DNA of 64,000 bases from a virus (IMGVR_UViG_2778261505_000002); one strand, 5' to 3'; counted from the stretch's first letter, positions 17,715 through 28,097 are shown. Numbers and translations: made by a program. The notes: generated from the letters alone by a model not told the origin.

Positions 17715-20700
17715 CTTCTCACTTGGGGAGTCGGCTCTAAAAGCAGAAAACGCGGTGAAGATTGCCAGAGAAGCTGGCTACACCGCTGTAATTTCAGCAG
17801 ATAGCATGAATATTGCGAGCGTTATTCCACTACAACGTGCCGCTGGTGACGACATGGCGGTTATTTGTGGTGTGAAACTAAACATTGTTGATGATCCCAC
17901 ATACGAGCACCGGGCTAAACTTGCTAAAGAATCTATGAGATGTATGGAATCATTAGAGCGAGGACGTAACTACTCGTTTACCGCTCTAATTAAAAATGAG
18001 AAAGGATATCGCGACATCTGCGAACTAATGACGGCGGCCAACACACGAGAACAGTTCTACTTTGTACCGCGTCTCTCGCTCGAACAGTTGGTTTCTACAT
18101 ATGCCAAAGGCAACATCATCCTGCTTACTTCCGACATCGGTAGCGTGTTCCAACGCAACGATTTTGCAAAAATCATAAGCACACTGATTACAGCGGGTGG
18201 AAAAGACAACTTCTATAGTGTGGTTTATCCGCACCCTACCCCATTCTACGACCAGATTAACGTCCGGGCGATGAAAGTCGCCAGCGCATTGAAAATAGAG
18301 CCAGTGGCGTTCTATCCCGCTTATTACGAATCGATCGACGATGCAGACATTAAAGACATTGCGCACATGGTTACGAACAACATCAAAATCGACCAGCCGC
18401 ATCGTCTGCGTATCCCCCACCAGCGAGATAACGCCGTCAATGGTCGCCGCCATCTCCTTGAGGCGCTTAAAGCCTTCTCCGTTCGCATGGATGTGCCGGT
18501 AACAGCTGCAATGGCCTCAACAACGCAGGATACCATTATCGATGCCTGCACATGGCGCTGGCATGAATTGCCGCCAGCACTGCCAAAGATGGCAGACGAC
18601 GAGCCTGCAACGCTGATGAAACTGGCTGTTGCAGGGCTGCGTAAACGTCTTACCACAAAAGAGTTTGGATACACACCACCTGCTTCTGAGAACAGGGTTT
18701 ATGTTGAGCGGCTAAAGTACGAAATGGACACGCTGACTCGCCTGGGATTCTGTGGTTACTTCCTGATGGTACGCGATCTGATGAATCACAGCCGTGAAAC
18801 TGGCATTCCTGTCGGGCCTGGTCGTGGTTCCTCCGCTGGATCTCTGGTGGCATGGTGCATAGGCATAACCAACGTCGACCCAATCCGTCACGGTCTTCTG
18901 TTTGAGCGTTTCATCAACCCTGAGCGTCTCGACTTGCCAGATGCGGATTTGGACTTCAGCCAGGCACGTCGCCATGAGGTGATCGAGTATCTGAATGAAC
19001 GATACGGCGAAGATTACGTTGCAGGTATTCCTAACTTCACATATCTGGGCGCAGCCTCTGCACTACGTGACACCGCTCGTATTTATGGTGTGGAGTCCGC
19101 AGATATGGCGGTATCAAAAGAGCTGAGGAACGTCGAGGATGATAGCCTTCCATTGGAAGAGCTGCGCGAACAACTGGCAAGTCTCGACAAATACGCGACA
19201 AAATACCCTGATGCATTCAATGCAGCCTGCAAGTTACAAAGCCTTATGCGTGGCTTTGGTAGACATGCGGCAGGGATGATTGTAGCAGGTGTTCCTCTGA
19301 CAGAACGTACACCGGTTGAACGACGTGGTGACGCGCGTTGTATCGCATTTGACAAGCGTTACTGCGAGGCTATGGGCCTAATTAAGCTGGACGTGCTTGG
19401 CCTGGCAACTCTCGATTTGCTCGATAGTGCAAAACGCTACATAAAAGAGAACACAGGTGAAGATATCAATCTTGATGCCATTTCTCTTGAAGATCGCAAG
19501 GTGCTGGATGGTTTTGCTGCTGGGTACACTCAAGGTGTTTTCCAGCTTGAATCAGGCCCAATGCGCAAGCTGCTTAAAGATTTAGGTGGTGGAATTGAGC
19601 CAATGAGCTTTAAAACGGTCGTTGCTACGACTGCGCTCTTCCGGCCGGGGCCAATTCAGTCAGGCATGTTGGATGATTATGTTTCTGTCGCCAAAGGCTT
19701 TATGACGCCGGAATCATTACACCCCGTTCTTGATGAACTTACCGCAGAAACAAATGGCGTGATTCTTTATCAGGAACAGACGATGAACGCGACTCGATTG
19801 CTTGCTGGCTTCACAATGGCTGAAGCTGACGGCGTTCGTAAAGCGATCGGCAAAAAAGACATGGAGAAAATGAAGAGCATGGGTGAGAAGTTCATCGTTC
19901 AGGCTCAAGCTGGCTGGATAGACGTTGAGCTGGAAGATGGCACTACACAGCGCATTCACCGTGCGGAACATTTTAAATGCGAAGACGGAACACTGAAAAC
20001 TGTCGAAGAGGCACTTGAGTACGGCGCAAAACTACCTATAAACGCAGTACGCGTTACAGCGTCACATCCAGGGCTATCAGAGATGAAAGCGAAGGAGATC
20101 TGGACCGCATTCGAAAAGAATGGTGCCTACCAGTTCAACAAATCACACTCTGTTGCTTACTCCTTAATCAGTTATCAATCTATGTGGTTGAAAACTCATT
20201 ATCCCGCAGAGTTTTTCGCTGCTGCTCTCACTATTCTTGGCGAAGATAAACACCAGGGGCTGGTTAAAGATGCGCTGACCTATGGTATTCGCGTATTGCC
20301 ACCAGACGTTAACGTGTCATCTAACCGAATCGAGATCCGCACGCTTGAAGATGGCAGCCAGGTGCTGTATGCGCCCTTCTCTGCTGTGAAAGGGTGTTCT
20401 GAGAATGGCTGCCAAGCCATCATGAGAGCGCGAGAAAAAGTTGGCGGCAAATTCGAGTCACTGGCGCAATTCGAAGAAGCTGTCGAGAAACGTGCCTGTA
20501 ATAGTCGAGTGCGCGAATCACTGCAAAAAGTAGGTGCGTTTGCATCCATCGAGCCAGGTAGTCTGCCAGCAACTGATCCAGAGCGTCTCCGCGACCAGGC
20601 TGAATTGATGGGAAACCTTGTCATAGACGCAGTTAAAGCCTCACGTCCGTTTGAGATGAACCCCAAACGTTCGGCTGAAATTAACGCACTCATGACACGG

Positions 20701-21207
20701 ATGGCGGCTGAAATGGGCTTAGGTGATGAACTAATCCGCCCCAGCATTGGTATTAAGCCGAAAATCATGATCATTCTGGACAATGCGAACGGCAATGATG
20801 CTCGAACCGGTTACTTCATGGAGAACGGATACGACGACTTTAAGGCCAAGCTATTGACGGCTGGAGATTTACGCATGGGCGATCTCTATGTCACAGGCGT
20901 TTGCAAGAAGGTTAAAGACAAAGAAAAAGACTACACCAAAGACGAGATCGGCCAGTTCACCGACTTTATACGTGAAGAGATCAATCTGGTGCGTCCGACC
21001 TATGTGCTGACGTGTGGCAGCCGGGCAACGGCATTGTTTAACAACAAAAACAAGCCATCCGATTTGGTCGGCAGGAAGGAGTATCTTCCAGACCTTGACG
21101 TTACTGTCTTTTACGGGTTTAACCCCAACATTCTTTACTTCAGACCTGAAGAGGGAGAACGACTAGAAGCGATATTAGCCGACGTAGCAGAAACTATTAA
21201 GACGTGA
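17689..21207 (+). CDS. DnaE-like DNA polymerase III alpha-type polymerase with degenerate PHP domain and C-terminal UDG-superfamily-like domain
   Basis: 1172 aa; core GPGRGSSAGSLVAWCIGITNVDP...LLFERFINPERLDLPDADLDFS and FNKSHSVAYSLISYQSMWLKTHYPAEF match DnaE; N-terminal metal-binding His replaced (MVRTDFS); C-terminus LYVTGVCK...LVRPTYVLTCG resembles family-4 UDG fold. Confidence 0.85.
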   Translation: MKALMVRTDFSLGESALKAENAVKIAREAGYTAVISADSMNIASVIPLQRAAGDDMAVICGVKLNIVDDPTYEHRAKLAKESMRCMESLERGRNYSFTALIKNEKGYRDICELMTAANTREQFYFVPRLSLEQLVSTYAKGNIILLTSDIGSVFQRNDFAKIISTLITAGGKDNFYSVVYPHPTPFYDQINVRAMKVASALKIEPVAFYPAYYESIDDADIKDIAHMVTNNIKIDQPHRLRIPHQRDNAVNGRRHLLEALKAFSVRMDVPVTAAMASTTQDTIIDACTWRWHELPPALPKMADDEPATLMKLAVAGLRKRLTTKEFGYTPPASENRVYVERLKYEMDTLTRLGFCGYFLMVRDLMNHSRETGIPVGPGRGSSAGSLVAWCIGITNVDPIRHGLLFERFINPERLDLPDADLDFSQARRHEVIEYLNERYGEDYVAGIPNFTYLGAASALRDTARIYGVESADMAVSKELRNVEDDSLPLEELREQLASLDKYATKYPDAFNAACKLQSLMRGFGRHAAGMIVAGVPLTERTPVERRGDARCIAFDKRYCEAMGLIKLDVLGLATLDLLDSAKRYIKENTGEDINLDAISLEDRKVLDGFAAGYTQGVFQLESGPMRKLLKDLGGGIEPMSFKTVVATTALFRPGPIQSGMLDDYVSVAKGFMTPESLHPVLDELTAETNGVILYQEQTMNATRLLAGFTMAEADGVRKAIGKKDMEKMKSMGEKFIVQAQAGWIDVELEDGTTQRIHRAEHFKCEDGTLKTVEEALEYGAKLPINAVRVTASHPGLSEMKAKEIWTAFEKNGAYQFNKSHSVAYSLISYQSMWLKTHYPAEFFAAALTILGEDKHQGLVKDALTYGIRVLPPDVNVSSNRIEIRTLEDGSQVLYAPFSAVKGCSENGCQAIMRAREKVGGKFESLAQFEEAVEKRACNSRVRESLQKVGAFASIEPGSLPATDPERLRDQAELMGNLVIDAVKASRPFEMNPKRSAEINALMTRMAAEMGLGDELIRPSIGIKPKIMIILDNANGNDARTGYFMENGYDDFKAKLLTAGDLRMGDLYVTGVCKKVKDKEKDYTKDEIGQFTDFIREEINLVRPTYVLTCGSRATALFNNKNKPSDLVGRKEYLPDLDVTVFYGFNPNILYFRPEEGERLEAILADVAETIKT

Positions 21208-21216
21208 TCCCATAAA

Positions 21217-21240
21217 CATGGCCTCTATGGCCATGTTTTC
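21217..21240 (+). terminator. Rho-independent terminator
   Basis: CATGGCC-TCTA-GGCCATG followed by TTTTCC. Confidence 0.5.
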
Positions 21241-21332
21241 CCTTATCCCCTCATATCCCCTATCCTCGAACTCCTTGCCTTATCATCACAATGATATAAT
21301 CAATATAAGATGATAAGTAAAAAGGAAAGCAC

Positions 21333-21764
21333 ATGATCACCGATATTTACGAGAAAATAATGTCTGATCTCGAGTTTGACCGAGACAATCTGGAGGAAGT
21401 CTGGCGTAGACAACCCCGCCTTTTAATGGAGTATGGCTCAAAACTCGCTCATGCAGAAAGAAGTGTCGCAGAGGCAAAACTTAACCTTGAAGCTGTTGAA
21501 GCAAAGCTATACGACACAGAGCGTAAGAACTTGAGTATGAACGGCATTAAGTTCAACGAATCTGTACTGGACGCTAAGGTTAAAACAAACCCACAGTATC
21601 TGTCTAAACGGCAGAAGTTGGATGAAGCACGGCACATCGCAGACATATACAAACATGCTGTCGCCGCCTTTTCGCATCGCCGAGACATGATCGTTCAGGC
21701 GTCAAAGATGGCCATCGTTGAATTAGAGCGATTAGGCTCTGAACGCTTTATTACTCCCCGTTGA
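21333..21764 (+). CDS. Hypothetical protein
   Basis: 143-aa ORF with AAAGGAAAGCACATG start context; sits between polymerase and SSB-like gene. Confidence 0.5.
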   Translation: MITDIYEKIMSDLEFDRDNLEEVWRRQPRLLMEYGSKLAHAERSVAEAKLNLEAVEAKLYDTERKNLSMNGIKFNESVLDAKVKTNPQYLSKRQKLDEARHIADIYKHAVAAFSHRRDMIVQASKMAIVELERLGSERFITPR

Positions 21765-21881
21765 TTTTTGATAGATAATAAGTAAGTACTGATCTATCAT
21801 TTAACAGCTCGAAAGAGCCACGAATGAACGAAAGCCCAACGCGCATAGCGCCATCGGCCAAATCACAACAAGGAGAAACAC

Positions 21882-22910
21882 ATGTCTAAGACATTACTTG
21901 ATTTGCTTAACAAAACTCGTGAAGACATTGCCGCCAAACGTGGTAACAACGTTGATCTGACTCGCTTAAAAGACGGCGTCAACTATATTCGCATCTTCCC
22001 GAATAAAGACGACCCAAACGGTAAGTTCTTCCAGACTTTCGGTATGCACTACGTTAAGTATCAGAACGAGGAAGGTAAAGAAGCAACCAACGCTTATATT
22101 TGTGAGCAACATACTCACGGTCGCGCTTGTCAGCTATGCGAAATGGTGATGGAAGGTCGCGCTCGTCACAAGGGTAACAAAGCAATGGAAGAACGCATCG
22201 GTCAAATGCGTGCCACTCCTCGCTACCTGGTCAACGGCATTCTTTCTGCTCGTGAGGATTTCGCAGATGCTGAGAAATGCCAGTTAATCGAGCTGCCGTC
22301 TACTGTATTCGATGATATCTGCAAAGCAATCACCGAAGACATCGCTGATGATATCGGCAATCCACTGAGCAAAGAGGAAGGCTACGCATTCCTGATTAAA
22401 CGTACTGGCTCTGGTCGCGATACCAAATATGACGTCTCGCCTAAGCGTAAAGTCTACAAAGGCGATATCGAAGATAAATTCTGGAATACCCAGCATGATC
22501 TGATCGCATACGCAAATCAGGCTGATGAAACTCGTCTTCTGTCGACAGTTCGCACTATGGGTCGTCTGATTGGCATCGCTGCACCAACTGCCGCAGCATC
22601 TGCACCAGCAATTTCCTCAACCGCGAAAACATCGGCTGCGGCACTACCTGGATTTGGCTCTGTCACTGGTCATACGGAGGGTGCGACTGCTGTAGCTACC
22701 GCTCATACCCCAGCTTCTGAACCAACCAGTCTGGTTGATGAAGAAATCCTCCGTGCCGTTGAAACTGAATTTAAACCAGAAGCAAGTCCCGCTGCCGTTG
22801 CAGTATCAGTCAAAGAGTCTGAAGCAGTCGCAGCGACATCTGTAGCAGCCGCATCTGCGACGGAAGATGAAGGTCTGGATGACCTACTGAGAGAGCTGGA
22901 CTCTCTGTAA
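21882..22910 (+). CDS. gp32-like single-stranded DNA-binding protein
   Basis: 342 aa; YIRIFPNKDD and Cys/His cluster CEQHTHGRACQLC resemble T4 gp32 zinc-binding core; A/S/T-rich linker and acidic C-terminal tail EDEGLDDLLRELDSL. Confidence 0.55.
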   Translation: MSKTLLDLLNKTREDIAAKRGNNVDLTRLKDGVNYIRIFPNKDDPNGKFFQTFGMHYVKYQNEEGKEATNAYICEQHTHGRACQLCEMVMEGRARHKGNKAMEERIGQMRATPRYLVNGILSAREDFADAEKCQLIELPSTVFDDICKAITEDIADDIGNPLSKEEGYAFLIKRTGSGRDTKYDVSPKRKVYKGDIEDKFWNTQHDLIAYANQADETRLLSTVRTMGRLIGIAAPTAAASAPAISSTAKTSAAALPGFGSVTGHTEGATAVATAHTPASEPTSLVDEEILRAVETEFKPEASPAAVAVSVKESEAVAATSVAAASATEDEGLDDLLRELDSL

Positions 22911-22926
22911 TCCCATTACGTGACCA

Positions 22927-22955
22927 GTAAGGCGTCTACGGACGCCTTACTTTTT
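22927..22955 (+). terminator. Rho-independent terminator
   Basis: GTAAGGCGTC-TACG-GACGCCTTAC followed by TTTTT. Confidence 0.7.
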
Positions 22956-22970
22956 GGAAGGAATGTACCG

Positions 22971-23915
22971 GTGAATTATCTCTTCGTAGATGGCAATAGC
23001 CTGGGTTATTACCACCAACAATCTGACAAATTGCACAACGGCGAAATGGAAGTACAGGCTGCTTTCGGCTTTGTTAAGAACGTCCGTCGTTATGCCTCCA
23101 TCCTTCATGCCCGACCTATGATTCTTTGGGATGGATTTAGTGACAAGCGTCGCGACTTTTACCCGGACTACAAAGCAAATCGCGACGACGATCCTGATAT
23201 GAAAAAGATGAAGGAAGGCTTTGCTATCCAGAAGCCATACATCCTCAAAATGATGACCGCGCTTGGAGTTACCCAACTCATTGCAAAAGATGCAGAAGCG
23301 GATGATCTGGCCGGGCTGCTGGTAGCCAGCATTGCACCGCAGCCAATCGTTGAACACATCTATCTGTTAACAGGCGATAGCGACTGGCTTCAGTTAGTTC
23401 GCGAAAACGTAAGCTGGGTAAGCCTGCGCGAAGACGCCAAAAACAAGCAGGTTAATTTTGAGCAATTTGCGGAACTGACAGGATTCGCTACTCCTCGCGC
23501 ATTTTTGGAAGCAAAAGCATTACAAGGCGATAACTCGGACAACATTAGCGGTGTTGGTGGCATTGGTGCTGGCGGTGCGAAAGAGCTGCTGCATGAATGG
23601 GGAAGTGTCGCAACGATGGTACGCGGCATCAACGACGGCTCAATCGTGGTTAATAAAGGGCGTCATAAGACCGCCTTCAACAAACTAGCGAAGAATGCCT
23701 TCAACGAGAAAACAGGCTGTCGAATGCTCGAAGCGTTCAAGAGAAACATCACGCTAATGAACCTGATTGAGACGAAGTTTCCGCCTACCGAAATCGAAAC
23801 AATCAAAGGCAATCGTGACGTGAAAGCATTCGAGCAACTGTGCTACGAGCTGAATTTCCGTTCGTTCCTTGAAGACCTTGAAGTGTTTGTTCTTCCATTC
23901 GAAAGGTATTGCTAA
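22971..23915 (+). CDS. 5'-3' exonuclease / flap endonuclease (FEN family)
   Basis: LFVDGNSLGYY, YKANRDD and H3TH-like GVGGIGAGGAKELL motifs; start placed at GTG 22971 after GGAAGG because the track start 22920 lies inside the upstream terminator. Confidence 0.75.
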   Translation: MNYLFVDGNSLGYYHQQSDKLHNGEMEVQAAFGFVKNVRRYASILHARPMILWDGFSDKRRDFYPDYKANRDDDPDMKKMKEGFAIQKPYILKMMTALGVTQLIAKDAEADDLAGLLVASIAPQPIVEHIYLLTGDSDWLQLVRENVSWVSLREDAKNKQVNFEQFAELTGFATPRAFLEAKALQGDNSDNISGVGGIGAGGAKELLHEWGSVATMVRGINDGSIVVNKGRHKTAFNKLAKNAFNEKTGCRMLEAFKRNITLMNLIETKFPPTEIETIKGNRDVKAFEQLCYELNFRSFLEDLEVFVLPFERYC

Positions 23916-24181
23916 TGCTTAAATCGATTATCAATGGCGCTACAACCACCCCTGCCCAACTGGCAAAAGAGATTGTCTTTTATCACGGTGAGTACGCTGT
24001 CATCGCACTGCCGTCAATTCTAGGCGCTGCCGGAATGAAAGCGACAGATCGCGAGTTTGGATTAGTCAGCGAGCAGGTCGTAAAAATCCTCGCTCGTGTA
24101 TCCAGACTCCTTAACCACGATGCGATTGTATTCGATGAATCCGCCGCTTTAAAACGAATCAACGAAACAAAAGGAGCCTGA
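23915..24181 (+). CDS. Hypothetical protein
   Basis: ATG overlaps FEN stop (TAATG); track ORF starts at TTG 23909. Confidence 0.4.
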   Translation: MLKSIINGATTTPAQLAKEIVFYHGEYAVIALPSILGAAGMKATDREFGLVSEQVVKILARVSRLLNHDAIVFDESAALKRINETKGA

Positions 24182-24183
24182 TC

Positions 24184-25257
24184 ATGGCAAAAGGAAAATC
24201 CGCACTGGCACTTGCTCTGAAAAAGAAAATCGGTAGCAACGACGAAATTCAGAAAGTAACTCATTGGATTGATACAGGCTTTCCACCGTTAAACAAAGCT
24301 ATTTCTGGTCGTTACGATGGCGGCTTCCCATGTGGTCGTATCGTCGAAGTATTCGGTCCTCCAAGTGCAGGGAAAACGTTCCTTGCAACAGCAGCGATGA
24401 TCTCCGCTCAAAAACAAGATGGTCTGGCGGTATTCCTCGATCATGAAAACAGTTTTGACGTTGGCCTGGCTGTCGCCAATGGCCTGAACGCAGATGAGGA
24501 TGACGGTCAGTGGGTATACAAGCAGCCTGACACCTTCGAAGACTCTGTAGAGTTGATCGGCACAATACTTAAATTGGTACGTGATGAAGAGCTTATCCCT
24601 GAATCAGCACCTATCTGTATCGTGGCTGACTCACTTGCGTCTATGGTTCCGAACTCCAAAGCCGAGAAGTTCGAAAAGATGGCTGAAGGCACTGCCAAAG
24701 ACAAAGATCAGCTAAACATGAACGACAATACGGCACTGGCTCGTGCGACAAGTGCGAACTTCCCTACTCTGGCTTTGTGGGCACGCAAATACAACGCCTG
24801 CATCATCTTCTTGAATCAGGTTCGCACAAAAATCGGTGTAATGTTTGGCGACCCTACTACGTCGCCAGGTGGAGATTCACCGAAGTTCTACGCTTCTGTA
24901 CGTATCCGTCTTGGTGCATCGGTGATGAAGGATGGTAAAGAGAAGATCGGCCAGGACGTAGGCGCAGAATGCATCAAAAACAAAGTTGCACCACCGTATG
25001 GCAAATGCACCTGGAAATTCTACTTCGATCCTACTCGTGGCCTCGACGTTATCGAATCGCTCGTCGAGTACATGCTGGAAGAAGGATACCTGCCAAAGAA
25101 CGCCAGCGGGCGAGTTGAAATTGGTGACAAGAAATACACCAAATCACAGATCGTCGAGATGTATCGGGAGAAGCCACTGGCTGAAATCATTGCGGCTTTG
25201 CAGGCAATCGACGACCGAAGAGCAAAAGACAACCCCACCGAGTCAGTAGAAGAGTAA
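24184..25257 (+). CDS. RecA/UvsX-like recombinase
   Basis: 357 aa; Walker A GPPSAGKTFLA in a RecA-fold core, Walker B-like CIVADSLAS. Confidence 0.85.
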   Translation: MAKGKSALALALKKKIGSNDEIQKVTHWIDTGFPPLNKAISGRYDGGFPCGRIVEVFGPPSAGKTFLATAAMISAQKQDGLAVFLDHENSFDVGLAVANGLNADEDDGQWVYKQPDTFEDSVELIGTILKLVRDEELIPESAPICIVADSLASMVPNSKAEKFEKMAEGTAKDKDQLNMNDNTALARATSANFPTLALWARKYNACIIFLNQVRTKIGVMFGDPTTSPGGDSPKFYASVRIRLGASVMKDGKEKIGQDVGAECIKNKVAPPYGKCTWKFYFDPTRGLDVIESLVEYMLEEGYLPKNASGRVEIGDKKYTKSQIVEMYREKPLAEIIAALQAIDDRRAKDNPTESVEE

Positions 25258-25261
25258 ACAC

Positions 25262-25287
25262 AAGGCGTCCACAGGACGCCTTTTTTA
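25262..25287 (+). terminator. Rho-independent terminator
   Basis: AAGGCGTCC-ACA-GGACGCCTT followed by TTTTTAT. Confidence 0.7.
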
Positions 25288-25349
25288 TCTCTTGAAAATA
25301 TATAAGTACTTACTTATTATTTTCGCATAACAACCACATAGGAAAACAC

Positions 25350-25550
25350 ATGATCAAAATCTATCTATTGGCAGTAGCCACAGGCGTTTCAGTGGCTCTC
25401 ATCTACGGTTTACTGGTTCCGTCGCTGATTTCTACCAAGAGTGATTTAGCCGTCATGTTTGGAGTTATCGTTGGTTTTGGTGCTCCTGTAATCGGTCTTA
25501 TTGCTGGTCGTAAGTTTATCAACTCATTAATCAAAGCAAAGGGGAAATAA
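25350..25550 (+). CDS. Small two-helix membrane protein
   Basis: 66 aa; two hydrophobic segments; GGAAAACACATG start context; immediately upstream of the SPFH gene. Confidence 0.45.
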   Translation: MIKIYLLAVATGVSVALIYGLLVPSLISTKSDLAVMFGVIVGFGAPVIGLIAGRKFINSLIKAKGK

Positions 25551-25553
25551 GTA

Positions 25554-26384
25554 ATGAAGAAAGGTTTACTTGCAGTTGCTCTGGCGGCTATTTGCACAAT
25601 GGGTCTTACTGGCTGTGATCGCGTGGAGCCTGGATACGTTGGCATCAAAGTAAACAAATTAGGTGAAGACAAAGGGATCGGTGAAGTGGTTGGCGTTGGG
25701 CGCCAATGGACAGGTCTTAACACCGAACTTTACGTATTCCCGACCTTCAAACAAATGAAGACCTACGACGAACCGTTCACATTCCAGATGAGTGACGGTA
25801 CTGCTATTGGTCACAAAATTGGCGTTGCGTATCTGGTTAATCGTGACAAGGTAACGACGGTGTTCCAGACCTATCGCAAAGGCGTAGACGATATCACCGA
25901 ATCAGATCTGCGTCAGAAAATTGCCGACTCTCTAAACCGTTTGGCCAGCCGTATGACCACTGACTCATTTATCGACGGTGGTAAGGCGCAATTGCTGGAC
26001 AACGCACTGAAAGATATTCAGAAAGAGATGTCTCCGGTTGGTATTGAGGTACTGAGCCTGTCATGGGTTGGAAAGCCTGATTACCCAAAAACCGTCATTG
26101 AATCTATCAACGCCAAAGTAACGGCTAACCAGCGTACTCTGCAACGTCAGCAGGAAGTTGAACAACGTAAAGCTGAGGCGAATATGCTACGTGAACAGGC
26201 TAATGGTGAAGCTGATGCTATCCGTGCTCGCGCGCAAGCAGAAGCCGACGCCATTCGTCTGCGCGGTGAAGCTCTGCGTCAAAACCCGAACGTTATGGAG
26301 CTGGAAGCCATCAATAAATGGAATGGCCAGTTACCGCAGTACATGACTCAAGGGGCTAACACTCCTTTCATTACAGTGAAATAA
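25554..26384 (+). CDS. SPFH/band-7 domain lipoprotein
   Basis: 276 aa; lipoprotein signal with lipobox LTGC; SPFH-like core followed by Ala/Glu/Arg-rich coiled-coil EADAIRARAQAEADAIRLRGEALRQ. Confidence 0.65.
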   Translation: MKKGLLAVALAAICTMGLTGCDRVEPGYVGIKVNKLGEDKGIGEVVGVGRQWTGLNTELYVFPTFKQMKTYDEPFTFQMSDGTAIGHKIGVAYLVNRDKVTTVFQTYRKGVDDITESDLRQKIADSLNRLASRMTTDSFIDGGKAQLLDNALKDIQKEMSPVGIEVLSLSWVGKPDYPKTVIESINAKVTANQRTLQRQQEVEQRKAEANMLREQANGEADAIRARAQAEADAIRLRGEALRQNPNVMELEAINKWNGQLPQYMTQGANTPFITVK

Positions 26385-26402
26385 CTCTCATTAAGAAGAT
26401 CA

Positions 26403-26430
26403 GGCGTCCAGTTGGACGCCGTTTTATTCT
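26403..26430 (+). terminator. Rho-independent terminator
   Basis: GGCGTCCA-GTT-GGACGCC followed by GTTTTATTCT. Confidence 0.65.
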
Positions 26431-26479
26431 CGTTATTATCACACACAAGAAAACAATTTGTTAAAAGGTTAAGTTAATT

Positions 26480-27304
26480 ATGCCCAACCACATTACAAAC
26501 GAAATCCGAGTCATAGGTGGTACAAATAAACAACGCTTAGATTTCATACGTGCCATAACTAACAAAAAAGGTCTAATTGACTTTAATACCATTTGCAGAC
26601 GTCCGAAAAGTATAGAAATGGAAGAAAACAATCATATCAGGCGCATGGCCTCTGCAATGGCGGGCGAAACAGTTTACGACCACATGTTCGGTGAATTAAA
26701 AACTCCAGAACAGGTCGAATTAGCTATGCGTGAATCAGGAATGACACGCAAGGAAATTCGCAAAATCAAAGAGCAGGCTCTTATGCGGCTTGAGAATTAT
26801 CGTCGCTATGGCTATTACTCATGGTTTGACTGGTCGCGAGCTAATTGGGGAACAAAATGGAATGCCTACAACATCGAAATGCCCGTAAAACGTATCCCTA
26901 CACGTATTAAGTACGGCCATAATTTCCGCCATACACACGTTCGAGCATATGCAAAACGAATCTATAAAAAACGTCTTGCAAGACATGCCGCAACTGGTGG
27001 TGAGTTGGTGATTCGCTTTGAAACAGCATGGTCTATGCCAAAACCAATTTATCAGGCGATGGCTAGAAAGTTCCCGCACCTTGAGTTTGTAATACGTTAT
27101 GCAGACGAAGACTTCGGCAATAACTGCGGATTCATTTTACTTCGCAACGGCAAATGGGAATATGACTACATTGCACCGGCGAATAACGAACAATCGTCAG
27201 AAGAAAAAATCAAATGGTGCAAGTTCGCCTTTGAGTTATGTTGTCCTGGTATCACTCCACAAGAATACGGTCTAAATGAAAAATACGAATACGCCGGATA
27301 TTAA
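26480..27304 (+). CDS. Hypothetical protein
   Basis: 274-aa ORF; conserved WFDWSRANWGTKWNAY segment but no family I can name. Confidence 0.5.
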   Translation: MPNHITNEIRVIGGTNKQRLDFIRAITNKKGLIDFNTICRRPKSIEMEENNHIRRMASAMAGETVYDHMFGELKTPEQVELAMRESGMTRKEIRKIKEQALMRLENYRRYGYYSWFDWSRANWGTKWNAYNIEMPVKRIPTRIKYGHNFRHTHVRAYAKRIYKKRLARHAATGGELVIRFETAWSMPKPIYQAMARKFPHLEFVIRYADEDFGNNCGFILLRNGKWEYDYIAPANNEQSSEEKIKWCKFAFELCCPGITPQEYGLNEKYEYAGY

Positions 27305-28077
27305 TGCTTTACGCACGAAGCATAGAGGTTAAGAAGATGAAAAGAAAAATTGAAGAACCAAAAACGACCCTTAATAAACATGGGGAAAAAATTCAAACAC
27401 ACCCAGCGTTCGGTCTTGTGAAAACAAGCCGTGTTAGCACGACTGGCATTCGTCTATTTGATTCAGAACTGGAACATAGAGACTATATTGAAATAGGCGT
27501 TTACGAGGCTGAACTATCCTTGGATAATGAACGAACCCGGCCACAAAGGAGTAGCAATAGACGGCCTTTAGTTGAAATTAGACTTAGCCAGGCACAATGG
27601 GCTGCTATGGTTAGCAGTTTTGGTGTGGGCGAAGGTGTGCCATGCACTATTTCATATAAAACCATTGGCGACTCAATTAGAGTTCATGATATTGCCGAGC
27701 AAAAAAGTATTCGACAAAAATTCAACGATCAAATAAAGGCAGCTACGAATAGTGAGATTGATCGACTTAATCAGCAAGTATCAGAGCTAGGTGAGCTTGT
27801 GAAAAAAGGAAGAGCTGGAAAACGTGACCTTGAAGAACTATATAGAAAACTTGCATCTGCTGTAGCTAACCTTCCTGAAAATCTGTGCTTTGCTACCGAA
27901 TTAATGCAGGAGCAAATGGATGAAATTGTCTCATCTGGAAAGGCGGAGATTGAGGCGTATGTTGCAGGCACTGTTATGCGTAAAGGGTTAGCAGCATTAG
28001 GCACAGAATCATGCATTAACGATGCTCCTACTGTCTCTATCACCAAAATGGAAAGCGGTAAAGAATTACTGCCATAA
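27304..28077 (+). CDS. Hypothetical coiled-coil protein (start may be ATG 27337)
   Basis: 257-aa ORF; GAGG RBS precedes ATG 27337. Confidence 0.45.
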   Translation: MLYARSIEVKKMKRKIEEPKTTLNKHGEKIQTHPAFGLVKTSRVSTTGIRLFDSELEHRDYIEIGVYEAELSLDNERTRPQRSSNRRPLVEIRLSQAQWAAMVSSFGVGEGVPCTISYKTIGDSIRVHDIAEQKSIRQKFNDQIKAATNSEIDRLNQQVSELGELVKKGRAGKRDLEELYRKLASAVANLPENLCFATELMQEQMDEIVSSGKAEIEAYVAGTVMRKGLAALGTESCINDAPTVSITKMESGKELLP

Positions 28078-28097
28078 ATGTATCTGAGGTACTGACA

